Notes under the pieces: model-generated
What the model saw: the letters and a program-made list of their open reading frames with translations, nothing else
The model's database searches: none
What the model was told of the DNA's origin: nothing
Translations under genes and position numbers: made by a program
Source of the DNA: Bacilli bacterium
GTDB lineage: Bacteria > Bacillota_I > Bacilli_A > RFN20 > CAG-826
Reading direction: 5' to 3'
DNA length: 64,000 bases
NCBI GenBank assembly: GCA_041653015.1
Contig: JBAZGG010000005.1
Location: 1,958-65,957, forward strand
In this document: one piece after another, positions 1 through 8,089 of the stretch
How the letters are laid out: the number at the start of each line of letters is the position of its first letter
Position numbering within the stretch: position 1 is the first letter of the stretch

Positions 1-683
1 CTGAGTTTGCTTTTCTTTTTCTTGCCTGCTACATTCATCTTTAATATGGTCGATGTTTTCTCTCTAACGCTCTCTCTTAATTTATCGAGGCTTATGACGA
101 CTTTATTTCTTTTGGCAGCAGAAGTTATCTTTGTGGACAAATGGATGGAATAAGCGAAATCAACCAATATCATTCCACCGATTATTCCTATAAAAAAGTA
201 ATAGATTTGATGATCGCTAGAAGCTAACCAATAAACAGCGTTGACGAGATACTTATTAATAAAGAAATAATATAGAGAACCGACGATGAGCCAAATAAAT
301 GAAAAAGAAGGGCAGATGATGCCCATAACATTCCCTTTTCGATTGCTGTAATCCCAGAGTTTAATCTTCATCCCTTTGATAAAGATGAGACCAGCAACAA
401 ATTCCACTAAAACCATGACTACTGCGATCATGATCACTTTCACAATCATGCCCCAGATGTTGGCGTCGCTCAAACCTAAAGATGATAGATCGATATTGCT
501 CAGTCCATATAAAGCGATCGTTCCAAAGCCATAGATGGGAAGATAAGGACCGACGAGAAAGCCGGGGTTAACCCATTTGTGCTGAGTGATGAATCTTCTA
601 AAAAATAGCTCGATAATCCATCCGATGAGCGATCCGATGACAAATAGTGTCACTACTGAAATAAAGATGATCAACCAATCCAT
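1..683 (-). CDS. Putative ABC-transporter permease-like membrane protein (CmpB/TMEM229 family), 3' end runs off the window
   Basis: Manual translation from ATG at 683: MDWLIIFISVVTLFVIGSLIGWIIELFFRRFITQHKWVNPGFLVGPYLPIYGFG; the segments I translated near base 1 are open; NPGFLxGPYLPIYGFG is the family motif. Absent from the ORF track because it is partial. Confidence 0.8.
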   Translation of the reverse strand, partial: MDWLIIFISVVTLFVIGSLIGWIIELFFRRFITQHKWVNPGFLVGPYLPIYGFGTIALYGLSNIDLSSLGLSDANIWGMIVKVIMIAVVMVLVEFVAGLIFIKGMKIKLWDYSNRKGNVMGIICPSFSFIWLIVGSLYYFFINKYLVNAVYWLASSDHQIYYFFIGIIGGMILVDFAYSIHLSTKITSAAKRNKVVISLDKLRESVREKTSTILKMNVAGKKKKSKL

Positions 684-780
684 ACTATAAGTATACAAGA
701 AAAAATCTTGTTGAGAGTCTCGTCTTTTTATCTATTTTATTCGCAAAAGGAAATTCTTCATAACTCGATGTGTTTTTTTG

Positions 781-824
781 TTGACGAAGGCAAATGGATG
801 TGAGATATTGTTTGAAGTTCAAAC
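781..824 (+). promoter_or_regulatory. Sigma70-type promoter plus palindromic FabT-like operator
   Basis: TTGACG(781-786)-17 nt-GATATT(804-809), followed directly by the perfect palindrome GTTTGAA-G-TTCAAAC (810-824); GGAGG RBS before ATG 840. Confidence 0.6.
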
Positions 825-839
825 TTTATTGGAGGACTT

Positions 840-1316
840 ATGACAAAAGATAAAGAGCAACTCAATCATTTCCTCGTCGTGACATTCAACGATATTCTTC
901 GCTATGAAGAGCGCGCGCTTGAACGATTGGCAAACAATCGCTTGTCCATCAGCGAAATACATCTGTTGGAAGCAGTTTTTGAGACGATGAAGAAAAAAGA
1001 GAATACATCGACTAATATCGCTAGCGCATTAGGAATAACACTCGGTTCATTGACGACCGCTGTCAAAACCCTTGAGCGCAAGGGCTATCTCATTCGCGAA
1101 CGCGATCAAAATGACAAGCGCGTCTTTTATCTTATTCCGACGCCGATTGCGACTTTTGTTAATAAAAAACACGAGCAATTTCATGAAGAAATGATTGATA
1201 ATATCGTCGCCAATTTATCTTTTGAAGAAGAAAAAACATTAGCGATTGCTTTGGGCAAAGTTCAAACCTATTTTGGTGAAGAAGTTAGTTCGAGCGCTCA
1301 GAAAGGAAAAATCTAA
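840..1316 (+). CDS. fabT: MarR-family regulator, FabT-like
   Basis: FNDILRYEE...SISEIHLLEAV...ITLGSLTTAVKTLERKGY...DKRV...HEQFHEEM closely follows streptococcal FabT as I recall it; adjacent to degV. Confidence 0.7.
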   Translation: MTKDKEQLNHFLVVTFNDILRYEERALERLANNRLSISEIHLLEAVFETMKKKENTSTNIASALGITLGSLTTAVKTLERKGYLIRERDQNDKRVFYLIPTPIATFVNKKHEQFHEEMIDNIVANLSFEEEKTLAIALGKVQTYFGEEVSSSAQKGKI

Positions 1317-1319
1317 TCT

Positions 1320-2165
1320 ATGGCTATTCGCATTTTTACTGATTCAACTTCCGAAATATCTCAAAAGCAGGCAAAGGAATTACATATTGATGTCATTCCG
1401 ATGGTGGTTAATTTTAATCAAGAAGTATTTATTGATGGTGTCGATCTTTTTGCTGAAGACTTTTATAAGCGAATGCGAGAATCTGATATTCTTCCCAAGA
1501 CGAGTTTAATAAATAGCGATACTTTTTATAAGCGCTTCGATGAGGTCTCTGATGATGACGAAATAATTGGAATTTTTATTTCGAGTGAGTTGAGCGGCTC
1601 TTTACAGTCCGCTCATGCCGCAAAAGAACTTCTTCCTCATAAGAAAATTCATTTGATTGATTCTCGACAAGTCACCTTTGGTCTCACCGCTTTAGTTCTC
1701 TATGCCATTCGCCTTCGCGATGAAGGGAAAAGCGCATCAGAAATCGTCAAAGCTGTTGAAGACGCGAAAAAACGCCTCGTCCTAATTGCGGTGATCGACA
1801 CTCTCAAATATCTTAAACTAGGTGGTCGTTTGTCGAGCGCTTCGGCGGTCCTTGGAACGATCATGGGAGTTAAACCGCTCCTTAAAATAGAAGATGGAAA
1901 AGTGCTCGCGGTTCACAAGGTATTCGGATTGACTCGCGCCTTTGCCTGGCTCGTGAAACAGTATCAATCGAGCGATGTCGATAAAACAATGCCTCGTTTA
2001 TTCGGCCATTCCGATGCGAAAGAAACTTTAAAAGAATTTCAAACGTTTGTCAGCAAGCACACCGACTTTCCTCTCGATTCAGTCTATCCGATCGGAGTGA
2101 CGGTCGGAGTCCATACCGGTCCTGGAGCGGTCGGATTTTGTTTCTTCACAAAAGCTCGTAAATAA
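1320..2165 (+). CDS. degV: DegV family fatty-acid-binding protein (FakB-like)
   Basis: IFTDSTS, PKTS, ISSELSGS, IDSRQV, LKLGGRL, VGVHTGPGAVG motifs. Confidence 0.92.
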   Translation: MAIRIFTDSTSEISQKQAKELHIDVIPMVVNFNQEVFIDGVDLFAEDFYKRMRESDILPKTSLINSDTFYKRFDEVSDDDEIIGIFISSELSGSLQSAHAAKELLPHKKIHLIDSRQVTFGLTALVLYAIRLRDEGKSASEIVKAVEDAKKRLVLIAVIDTLKYLKLGGRLSSASAVLGTIMGVKPLLKIEDGKVLAVHKVFGLTRAFAWLVKQYQSSDVDKTMPRLFGHSDAKETLKEFQTFVSKHTDFPLDSVYPIGVTVGVHTGPGAVGFCFFTKARK

Positions 2166-2171
2166 AAGATT

Positions 2172-2756
2172 TTATTTTAATAAACCGCCAATTTTCGGCA
2201 TGTGTCCACCAGTTAGACTGGATATATCATTTCTCACGATCATCGCATTGGCATCAACGGTCAATATCTCTTTGATTATATCGTTGCTGCCGCGGCGATT
2301 TGTGTAGATCATCAAAACTTTTCTTTGCACATCCTTGCCTTCAGCGTTCATCGTGGTTACACCTAGCCCTTTTCCACGCAATATTTCACAGATAATCTCT
2401 CCTTTTTCTTCTGAAGTGATGACCTGTATAAGTATTTTTCCAAATGCCAATTTCTCTTCAAGAATAGAACCGCAATACACACCGGCAGCAAAGCCTAAAG
2501 CATAGGCGATGCCTTTATATGGCGATTCGGTTAAACCGATGATTACTCGCGAAGCGACAAACACCCAAATGGAGATTTCGACAAGTGCCAATAAAACAGC
2601 AATCTTGCGATAGCCCTTTACAACTAATATACTTCGAAGAGTTCCTACCGAAACCTCGACTATTTTTGCTAGGAAAATACCGCAGAATTCTAAAATAATC
2701 ATCAGCGTGCTCATCGTCCAAATCGAGTTCCAAAATGCATTCCAATCCATAATCAT
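2172..2756 (-). CDS. UPF0316 (DUF5698/DUF2179) membrane protein
   Basis: AKIVEVSVGTLRSILVVKG...ALVEISIWVF...YALGFAAGVYCGS..EEKLAFG pattern. Confidence 0.8.
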   Translation of the reverse strand: MIMDWNAFWNSIWTMSTLMIILEFCGIFLAKIVEVSVGTLRSILVVKGYRKIAVLLALVEISIWVFVASRVIIGLTESPYKGIAYALGFAAGVYCGSILEEKLAFGKILIQVITSEEKGEIICEILRGKGLGVTTMNAEGKDVQRKVLMIYTNRRGSNDIIKEILTVDANAMIVRNDISSLTGGHMPKIGGLLK

Positions 2757-2865
2757 TCCTTCGTTTCAATGCGCGAGATAGAAGCGCTGATAAATATCAT
2801 ATTGTAAAAAAGAGTACTTTACAATAATTCGCCGGATATTTTAGATGGATAAGATACAAATTTTC

Positions 2866-3681
2866 TTATTTTACAGCTGACGGAGTATTCTTTTCCATCA
2901 TCGCTCTCGTCTTGATTTCGACTTCGCTTCTGAGCTTTTCTATCGCTTCATTTTTACTCAATGAATAATCGATGAACATCGGTTCGCCAATTTCAATGGT
3001 GATGCATGGATAATCATGTTTCCATAATCTCCATATTCCTTTTGCTGGTCGATATGAAATAGCCAATGGATAAAGCGGTACATTGTTTCGATAAACAAAA
3101 ACAAAAGCCCCTTTCTTATACGGGCGAATTGTCTCGTTGTAATACCACATTGAACCTTCGGGATAAAAATGGATCCACTCGCCATTTTTGAGCATGGTGT
3201 CGAGATCATTTGAAAACCTCACCAATCCGTTGATCGAAGTGGAGATAGGAATAGAACCGACCACTCGCATGAGCTTGCCCAATGAGGAATCGTTGTTCTT
3301 CTTCCACACAGTGACATATCCCCGTCGACATCTCATCGCGCTTCTGACACAAATATAATCCCATTCAAAGACATGGTTACAAGTCGTCACAAAGCCATTT
3401 TTGTAAAATTTCCTATATTTTCCGTGCTTGTATTTTCGCCCTTTAATTTTTAATCCGTAGCGGACATAGTTTGAAAAGTAGATTAAGACGATGAATAAGA
3501 TATTCATCATGTTTTGCCAAAAGCGAAGCCACATGCTTCGCGAATAATATGGGTAATGATTGTCTAAGTCGACATTTCTTACCTGTTTAGGGTTGATCAT
3601 ATGAGCATCGGTTTCTTTTGGATAATCAAAGCGAAGCCCATGATGATATTTAATATAGTTATTATCGTTTTGCGTTTTCAT
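2866..3681 (-). CDS. 1-acyl-sn-glycerol-3-phosphate acyltransferase family (PlsC-like)
   Basis: NHxxxxD (NHVFEWD) and FYPEG motifs; start placed at MKTQ (3681) behind GGATAG rather than at the ORF-track start 3840. Confidence 0.8.
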   Translation of the reverse strand: MKTQNDNNYIKYHHGLRFDYPKETDAHMINPKQVRNVDLDNHYPYYSRSMWLRFWQNMMNILFIVLIYFSNYVRYGLKIKGRKYKHGKYRKFYKNGFVTTCNHVFEWDYICVRSAMRCRRGYVTVWKKNNDSSLGKLMRVVGSIPISTSINGLVRFSNDLDTMLKNGEWIHFYPEGSMWYYNETIRPYKKGAFVFVYRNNVPLYPLAISYRPAKGIWRLWKHDYPCITIEIGEPMFIDYSLSKNEAIEKLRSEVEIKTRAMMEKNTPSAVK

Positions 3682-3812
3682 CTCTATCCATAATAAAACA
3701 TTTCGTTCTTTGAGACATAACACAAATTGAATTGGACCATCAGTCCGATGTCTTTTGCCTAGCGCATACATGTATGTTAAAATGTGAAATAACAAAATTG
3801 GAGGAGCGATGC

Positions 3813-4931
3813 GTGATCTATTTTGACTATTCCGCCACAACGCCAGTTGATAATCGCGTTCTCAAGGCTTACAAAAAGGCCGTTCATCGCTTTGTTGGAA
3901 ATCCTAATTCCTCGCATTCTCTTGGACGAGAGAGCAAAGGAGCGATTGACAAAACAATTTTAGAAATTGAGAAATTATTACACATCGATTCATCGCATGA
4001 AGTCATCTTTACTAGCGGAGCGAGCGAAGCGAATAATTTGGCTATCAAAGGTCTGATCGAACATTCGAATATTTCCGATGCGCACATCATTACAACCGCT
4101 TTTGAACATCCTTCTGTCGTCGCTCCGATGAACTATCTAGCTCGTCACGGTTTTATCATCGACATCGTTAGAAGCGATGAACAAGGTCGTGTTGATTTAA
4201 ATGATCTGGCGAGATTGCTGTCACCTAAAACAATCTTAGTTTCCATCGGCGCAGTCAATAGTGAAATAGGCATCATTCAGCCACTTGAAAGCATCGCAAA
4301 AATTGTGCATTCATCTTCGAAAGCCGCATTTCATTGCGATGCTACACAAGCGATAGGAAAGATGCCAATCGATTTATCTAGTCTTGACTTAGTATCCTTT
4401 TCCTCTCATAAATTTTATGGATTAAAAGGGATAGGCGTTTTATTAAGAAAAAAATCAGTTTTGCTCGAACCACAAATTCATGGAGGTCATTCCACGAGTA
4501 AATTTCGCAGTGGGACACCTGCTCTTCCGCTAATCATCTCTCTTGGTACGGCCCTGAAGTGTACACTGACCGATTTTGATAGTAAATGTCGCCATGTAAA
4601 AGAATTATCTCGCTACGCTCGTTTGCACTTAGCCTCCGTCAAAGATTTGATTTTCAATAGCCAAGAAGATGTATGCTTGCCTCATATTATCAATGTTTCA
4701 TTGCCACATTTTTCCAGCGCCCAAATCGTCGATTATTTAGATAAAAACAACATCTATGTTTCGAGCAGCACCGCTTGTTCAAGCGATGCTGAGAAGTCAT
4801 CCGCGGTATTCGCTTTGACACGAGATGACGTTCGCTCTCGAACATGTATTCGCATCAGCCTTTCTTTTTTATCCACCAAGAGAGAAGTCAATCGTTTAAT
4901 CAAGGTTTTGAAAAGGATGGTTTCTGAATGA
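3813..4931 (+). CDS. iscS: Cysteine desulfurase (IscS/NifS class)
   Basis: IYFDYSATTP, FTSGASEANN, SSHKFYG (PLP lysine), RSGT, SSSTACSS; GTG start at 3813 after GGAGGAG. Confidence 0.9.
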   Translation: MIYFDYSATTPVDNRVLKAYKKAVHRFVGNPNSSHSLGRESKGAIDKTILEIEKLLHIDSSHEVIFTSGASEANNLAIKGLIEHSNISDAHIITTAFEHPSVVAPMNYLARHGFIIDIVRSDEQGRVDLNDLARLLSPKTILVSIGAVNSEIGIIQPLESIAKIVHSSSKAAFHCDATQAIGKMPIDLSSLDLVSFSSHKFYGLKGIGVLLRKKSVLLEPQIHGGHSTSKFRSGTPALPLIISLGTALKCTLTDFDSKCRHVKELSRYARLHLASVKDLIFNSQEDVCLPHIINVSLPHFSSAQIVDYLDKNNIYVSSSTACSSDAEKSSAVFALTRDDVRSRTCIRISLSFLSTKREVNRLIKVLKRMVSE

Positions 4932-5191
4932 TTGTCATTCATTTTGTAACAGCCCTCTGGTGTCCAAGTTGTTTGATCATGCGCCCGCGATATGCGACTA
5001 TCCTAAAGCAACATTCCGATTGGCGAATTATTGAACACGACTATGATTTTGATGAATCATATATTGAACAAGAGAAGATTGGCAAAATATTGCCCGTCGC
5101 AATTTTCGTGGATGGAGACAGAGAAGTGCTTCGCCTTATCGGTGAAAAATCTCTTAAAGAGATTAGCAAGATGATTCAGGAGTGTTTATAA
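4928..5191 (+). CDS. Small thioredoxin-like protein
   Basis: WCPSC CxxC motif, ILPV cis-Pro region; ATGA overlap with the upstream stop. Confidence 0.8.
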   Translation: MIVIHFVTALWCPSCLIMRPRYATILKQHSDWRIIEHDYDFDESYIEQEKIGKILPVAIFVDGDREVLRLIGEKSLKEISKMIQECL

Positions 5192-6411
5192 TGAAAAAAA
5201 GATGGTTCAAATTTTTTACGGCCATCGCTTTTTCTTTGACTCTTTTCTCGTGTTCTTTTCAAAGCGATACCGTCGCTTATGCTGAATCGGATGTCGCAGC
5301 GTTTAATGTCTATTTATTTCATACACAAGGATGTCCGCATTGCGAGTCGGAAATTGCTTTTTTTGATTCATATCTTCCCACGCACACAAACATAACTTTG
5401 CTCAAGTACGATATAAGCAATTCTGAAAATTTAGCCCTTTTAAACAAAGTTTCAATCGCTTTTAACGATCCGAGTCTATCCACTCCGTGCACGGTTGTTG
5501 GTGGTAAACACTATGTCGGATTCGAAGATAGCGTAAAAGCTGCTCTGCAAAAAACTTTAGAGAGGTATTCGCAGAACGGCACCGATGATGTGATGTCCTA
5601 TATTTTAGCGGGTGAAGCAGTTCCTGCCTCTGCTTTTGATACATCTTCTGATTATGAGATCACTCTGCCATTATTTGGCACGATTGATGTGCGCAACACC
5701 TCGCTTTTTGCCATATCTATCGTCTTGGGTTTCATCGATGGATTCAATCCTTGTGCCATGTGGGTATTAATCTTTTTGATATCGATGTTGATTTCCGTCA
5801 ACGATAAAAAACGTGTATGGCTACTCGGCGGTGCTTTTTTATTGACCTCCTCACTATTTTATTTCGGTGTTTTGTACGCTTGGGTCACCGCTTTATCTTT
5901 TCTAGCAGCGAAGGTAATATTTCAAATTATTGTCGGAATCATCGCTCTCGCCGCCGGAGGATATAATTTATACAAATTTATTAAGGCTAAAATAAAAAAA
6001 GAAGATGGTTGCGAAGTGACTTCCGTCAAAACCAAACAATCCATCGCTGAAAGAGTGAAAAAGATTGCGTTGGCATCAAGTTTTTGGCTCGCTTTAGCCG
6101 GTGTGATCCTTTTGGCTATCGTCGTCAATTTAATCGAATTGGCTTGTTCGACTGGACTTCCTGTCTTATTCACTCAGATTCTCGCTCTCAACGGCATAAC
6201 GGGCATCGGAGCGCTCCCTTATATTCTCCTCTATCTTTTCTTCTTCATGCTCGATGACATCGTCGTCTTTGCGATAGCCGTTCTCACATTTAAAATTAGT
6301 CCCATCTCCATCAAATTTGCAAAATATAGCAGTTTGGTCGGTGGCATTCTGATGATCATCATCGGCATCCTAATGATTTTCTTTCCCAACATTTTAATGT
6401 TCGCCTTTTAA
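5191..6411 (+). CDS. Exported thioredoxin/glutaredoxin (CPHC) domain fused to a CcdA/DsbD-like membrane domain
   Basis: Lipobox-like LFSC, GCPHC, then about 6 TM segments with DGFNPCAMW and ELACSTGLP cysteines; ATG 5191 behind AGGAG with TAATG coupling. Confidence 0.7.
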   Translation: MKKRWFKFFTAIAFSLTLFSCSFQSDTVAYAESDVAAFNVYLFHTQGCPHCESEIAFFDSYLPTHTNITLLKYDISNSENLALLNKVSIAFNDPSLSTPCTVVGGKHYVGFEDSVKAALQKTLERYSQNGTDDVMSYILAGEAVPASAFDTSSDYEITLPLFGTIDVRNTSLFAISIVLGFIDGFNPCAMWVLIFLISMLISVNDKKRVWLLGGAFLLTSSLFYFGVLYAWVTALSFLAAKVIFQIIVGIIALAAGGYNLYKFIKAKIKKEDGCEVTSVKTKQSIAERVKKIALASSFWLALAGVILLAIVVNLIELACSTGLPVLFTQILALNGITGIGALPYILLYLFFFMLDDIVVFAIAVLTFKISPISIKFAKYSSLVGGILMIIIGILMIFFPNILMFAF

Positions 6412-6508
6412 TAAAAATGTAAACAAAACCTTACAAATAATGTTAGTATTGCTTTGTGGATATCATCTCTTTTTGCGACCACAATAAATTGCATATGGAG
6501 GATGAAAT

Positions 6509-7351
6509 ATGAATTTTGGAAAGAATTTGACTCTGATTAGAAAGAGTAAAGGAATTTCACAGGAGGAACTCGCAAACATAGTGGGGGTGTCCAGGCAAAC
6601 GATGTACACATGGGAAGCTGACTTGGCCTACCCCAATGTCGTGATGCTCAAGCGTCTAGCGGACATTCTATCGACGACCATCGACGATCTCGTCTCTGGT
6701 TTTGATGTCAATAAGTTGCCTCGTGTTCTACCGAAATTTGAATTGGAGTACATCAGCAAATCAAAGGATTCTATCGCATATAAAGAAATGCCGAATTGGT
6801 TCGTTGAATTAAGAGATGGCGATGAAGTGAATTTTGCTTTATACGATAATGGAATAAAAGATTATTCATATCATTTGAGCGTCGTATCAAAAATTATTCT
6901 ACACGGACAGGAAGGATACGAAATCGCCGTCGATGAATATTCGGAGATGGGATGCAAAGAATCGACCTTTGTTCTAATAGGTCAACTCGATGATGAGATG
7001 ATTCGCTATTTAGGTCGTATCGACACGATCGATGGAAAGAAGATCATTTCGACATTTAAGGATAAAACCTTCATTAAGAATTGGGGCATGGGCGAAAATA
7101 ATAGTGGTCGATCAATCATCTTCAACGATGTTGAGATATATAATTTGAAAATTAATGATACGAGATACCCTGTCAAAAAAATATCATATCTCGACAGCGA
7201 CACTATTTTTGTTGAAGTTTACCTCGATGAGGAGAATAGAACTATTCTTTGGAAGAGATATGACCTTGGTAAAGATAGTGGAGAAGTCGTGAATATCGAC
7301 GGCAAGAAATACGGTCTATTCTATCAGTGCATAACAGATCGATTGAGATGA
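6509..7351 (+). CDS. XRE/Cro-C1 HTH protein with a long unknown C-terminal domain
   Basis: LIRKSKGISQEELANIVGVSRQTMYTWEADLAYP. Confidence 0.8.
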   Translation: MNFGKNLTLIRKSKGISQEELANIVGVSRQTMYTWEADLAYPNVVMLKRLADILSTTIDDLVSGFDVNKLPRVLPKFELEYISKSKDSIAYKEMPNWFVELRDGDEVNFALYDNGIKDYSYHLSVVSKIILHGQEGYEIAVDEYSEMGCKESTFVLIGQLDDEMIRYLGRIDTIDGKKIISTFKDKTFIKNWGMGENNSGRSIIFNDVEIYNLKINDTRYPVKKISYLDSDTIFVEVYLDEENRTILWKRYDLGKDSGEVVNIDGKKYGLFYQCITDRLR

Positions 7352-7407
7352 AACGAGGCCTTCATTTTTAATTAAAATTAAAATGCTGGCATAATAAAAT
7401 GAAATAA

Positions 7408-8007
7408 TTGATAATTATTAATATGATAAGCAAGAACTTGCTGCTCATTCGCAAGATGGTTGGCATCGCTGTTTTGATCGCCCTCACAATCGTTTTAACA
7501 TTCATTTCGAATTATATAACCATCGCCGGCATTTCGATCAATCTGTCAGTTTTACCTGTCGCTCTAGCTGGAATTCTCTATGGTCCACTAGCTGGACTAT
7601 TTGTCGGTTTAGTAAATGGCGGTTTAGTGCTTCTCGCCCCAGCGACTGCAGGATATATCGCTACTAATGTTTGGGCAACGATTATTGTCTGCCTGCTCAA
7701 AACTGGATTAGCGGGTTTATGCTCAGGATTTTTATTCCGCTTATTATATAAGAGATATTTTTCTCTCGGTGTGGTCATCGCCTCGATATTGACGCCGATT
7801 ATCAATACGGGATTATTTATCCTCGGTTCATTATTATTTTTTGGCGGTTTGTTCGGCACGTTGATCACAATTTTTATCAGTGTGAATTTTATCATCGAGT
7901 TCTCCGTGATCATCGTCTGTTGTCCAACGATTATATTTCTCATTAAAACGTTGATGAAAAATTATCAAGACTTCTTTTCTATCGACGATCCAAAAGCAAA
8001 GAAATAA
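7408..8007 (+). CDS. ECF transporter S component
   Basis: AVLIALTIVL...LPVALAGILYGPLAGLFVGLV pattern; about 6 TM; start uncertain (7408/7423/later). Confidence 0.75.
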   Translation: MIIINMISKNLLLIRKMVGIAVLIALTIVLTFISNYITIAGISINLSVLPVALAGILYGPLAGLFVGLVNGGLVLLAPATAGYIATNVWATIIVCLLKTGLAGLCSGFLFRLLYKRYFSLGVVIASILTPIINTGLFILGSLLFFGGLFGTLITIFISVNFIIEFSVIIVCCPTIIFLIKTLMKNYQDFFSIDDPKAKK

Positions 8008-8089
8008 TCATCTCAGTTTTGTTTGTTATATCGCTTCTTAAGATGTGTGATAAAATATAATAAAGTTATATTTAAGGAGAGAACTAGCA

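Noticed and set aside
7352-7430. Vitamin riboswitch or T-box ahead of the ECF S component
   Set aside because: Intergenic region is short and almost pure A/T, with no aptamer.
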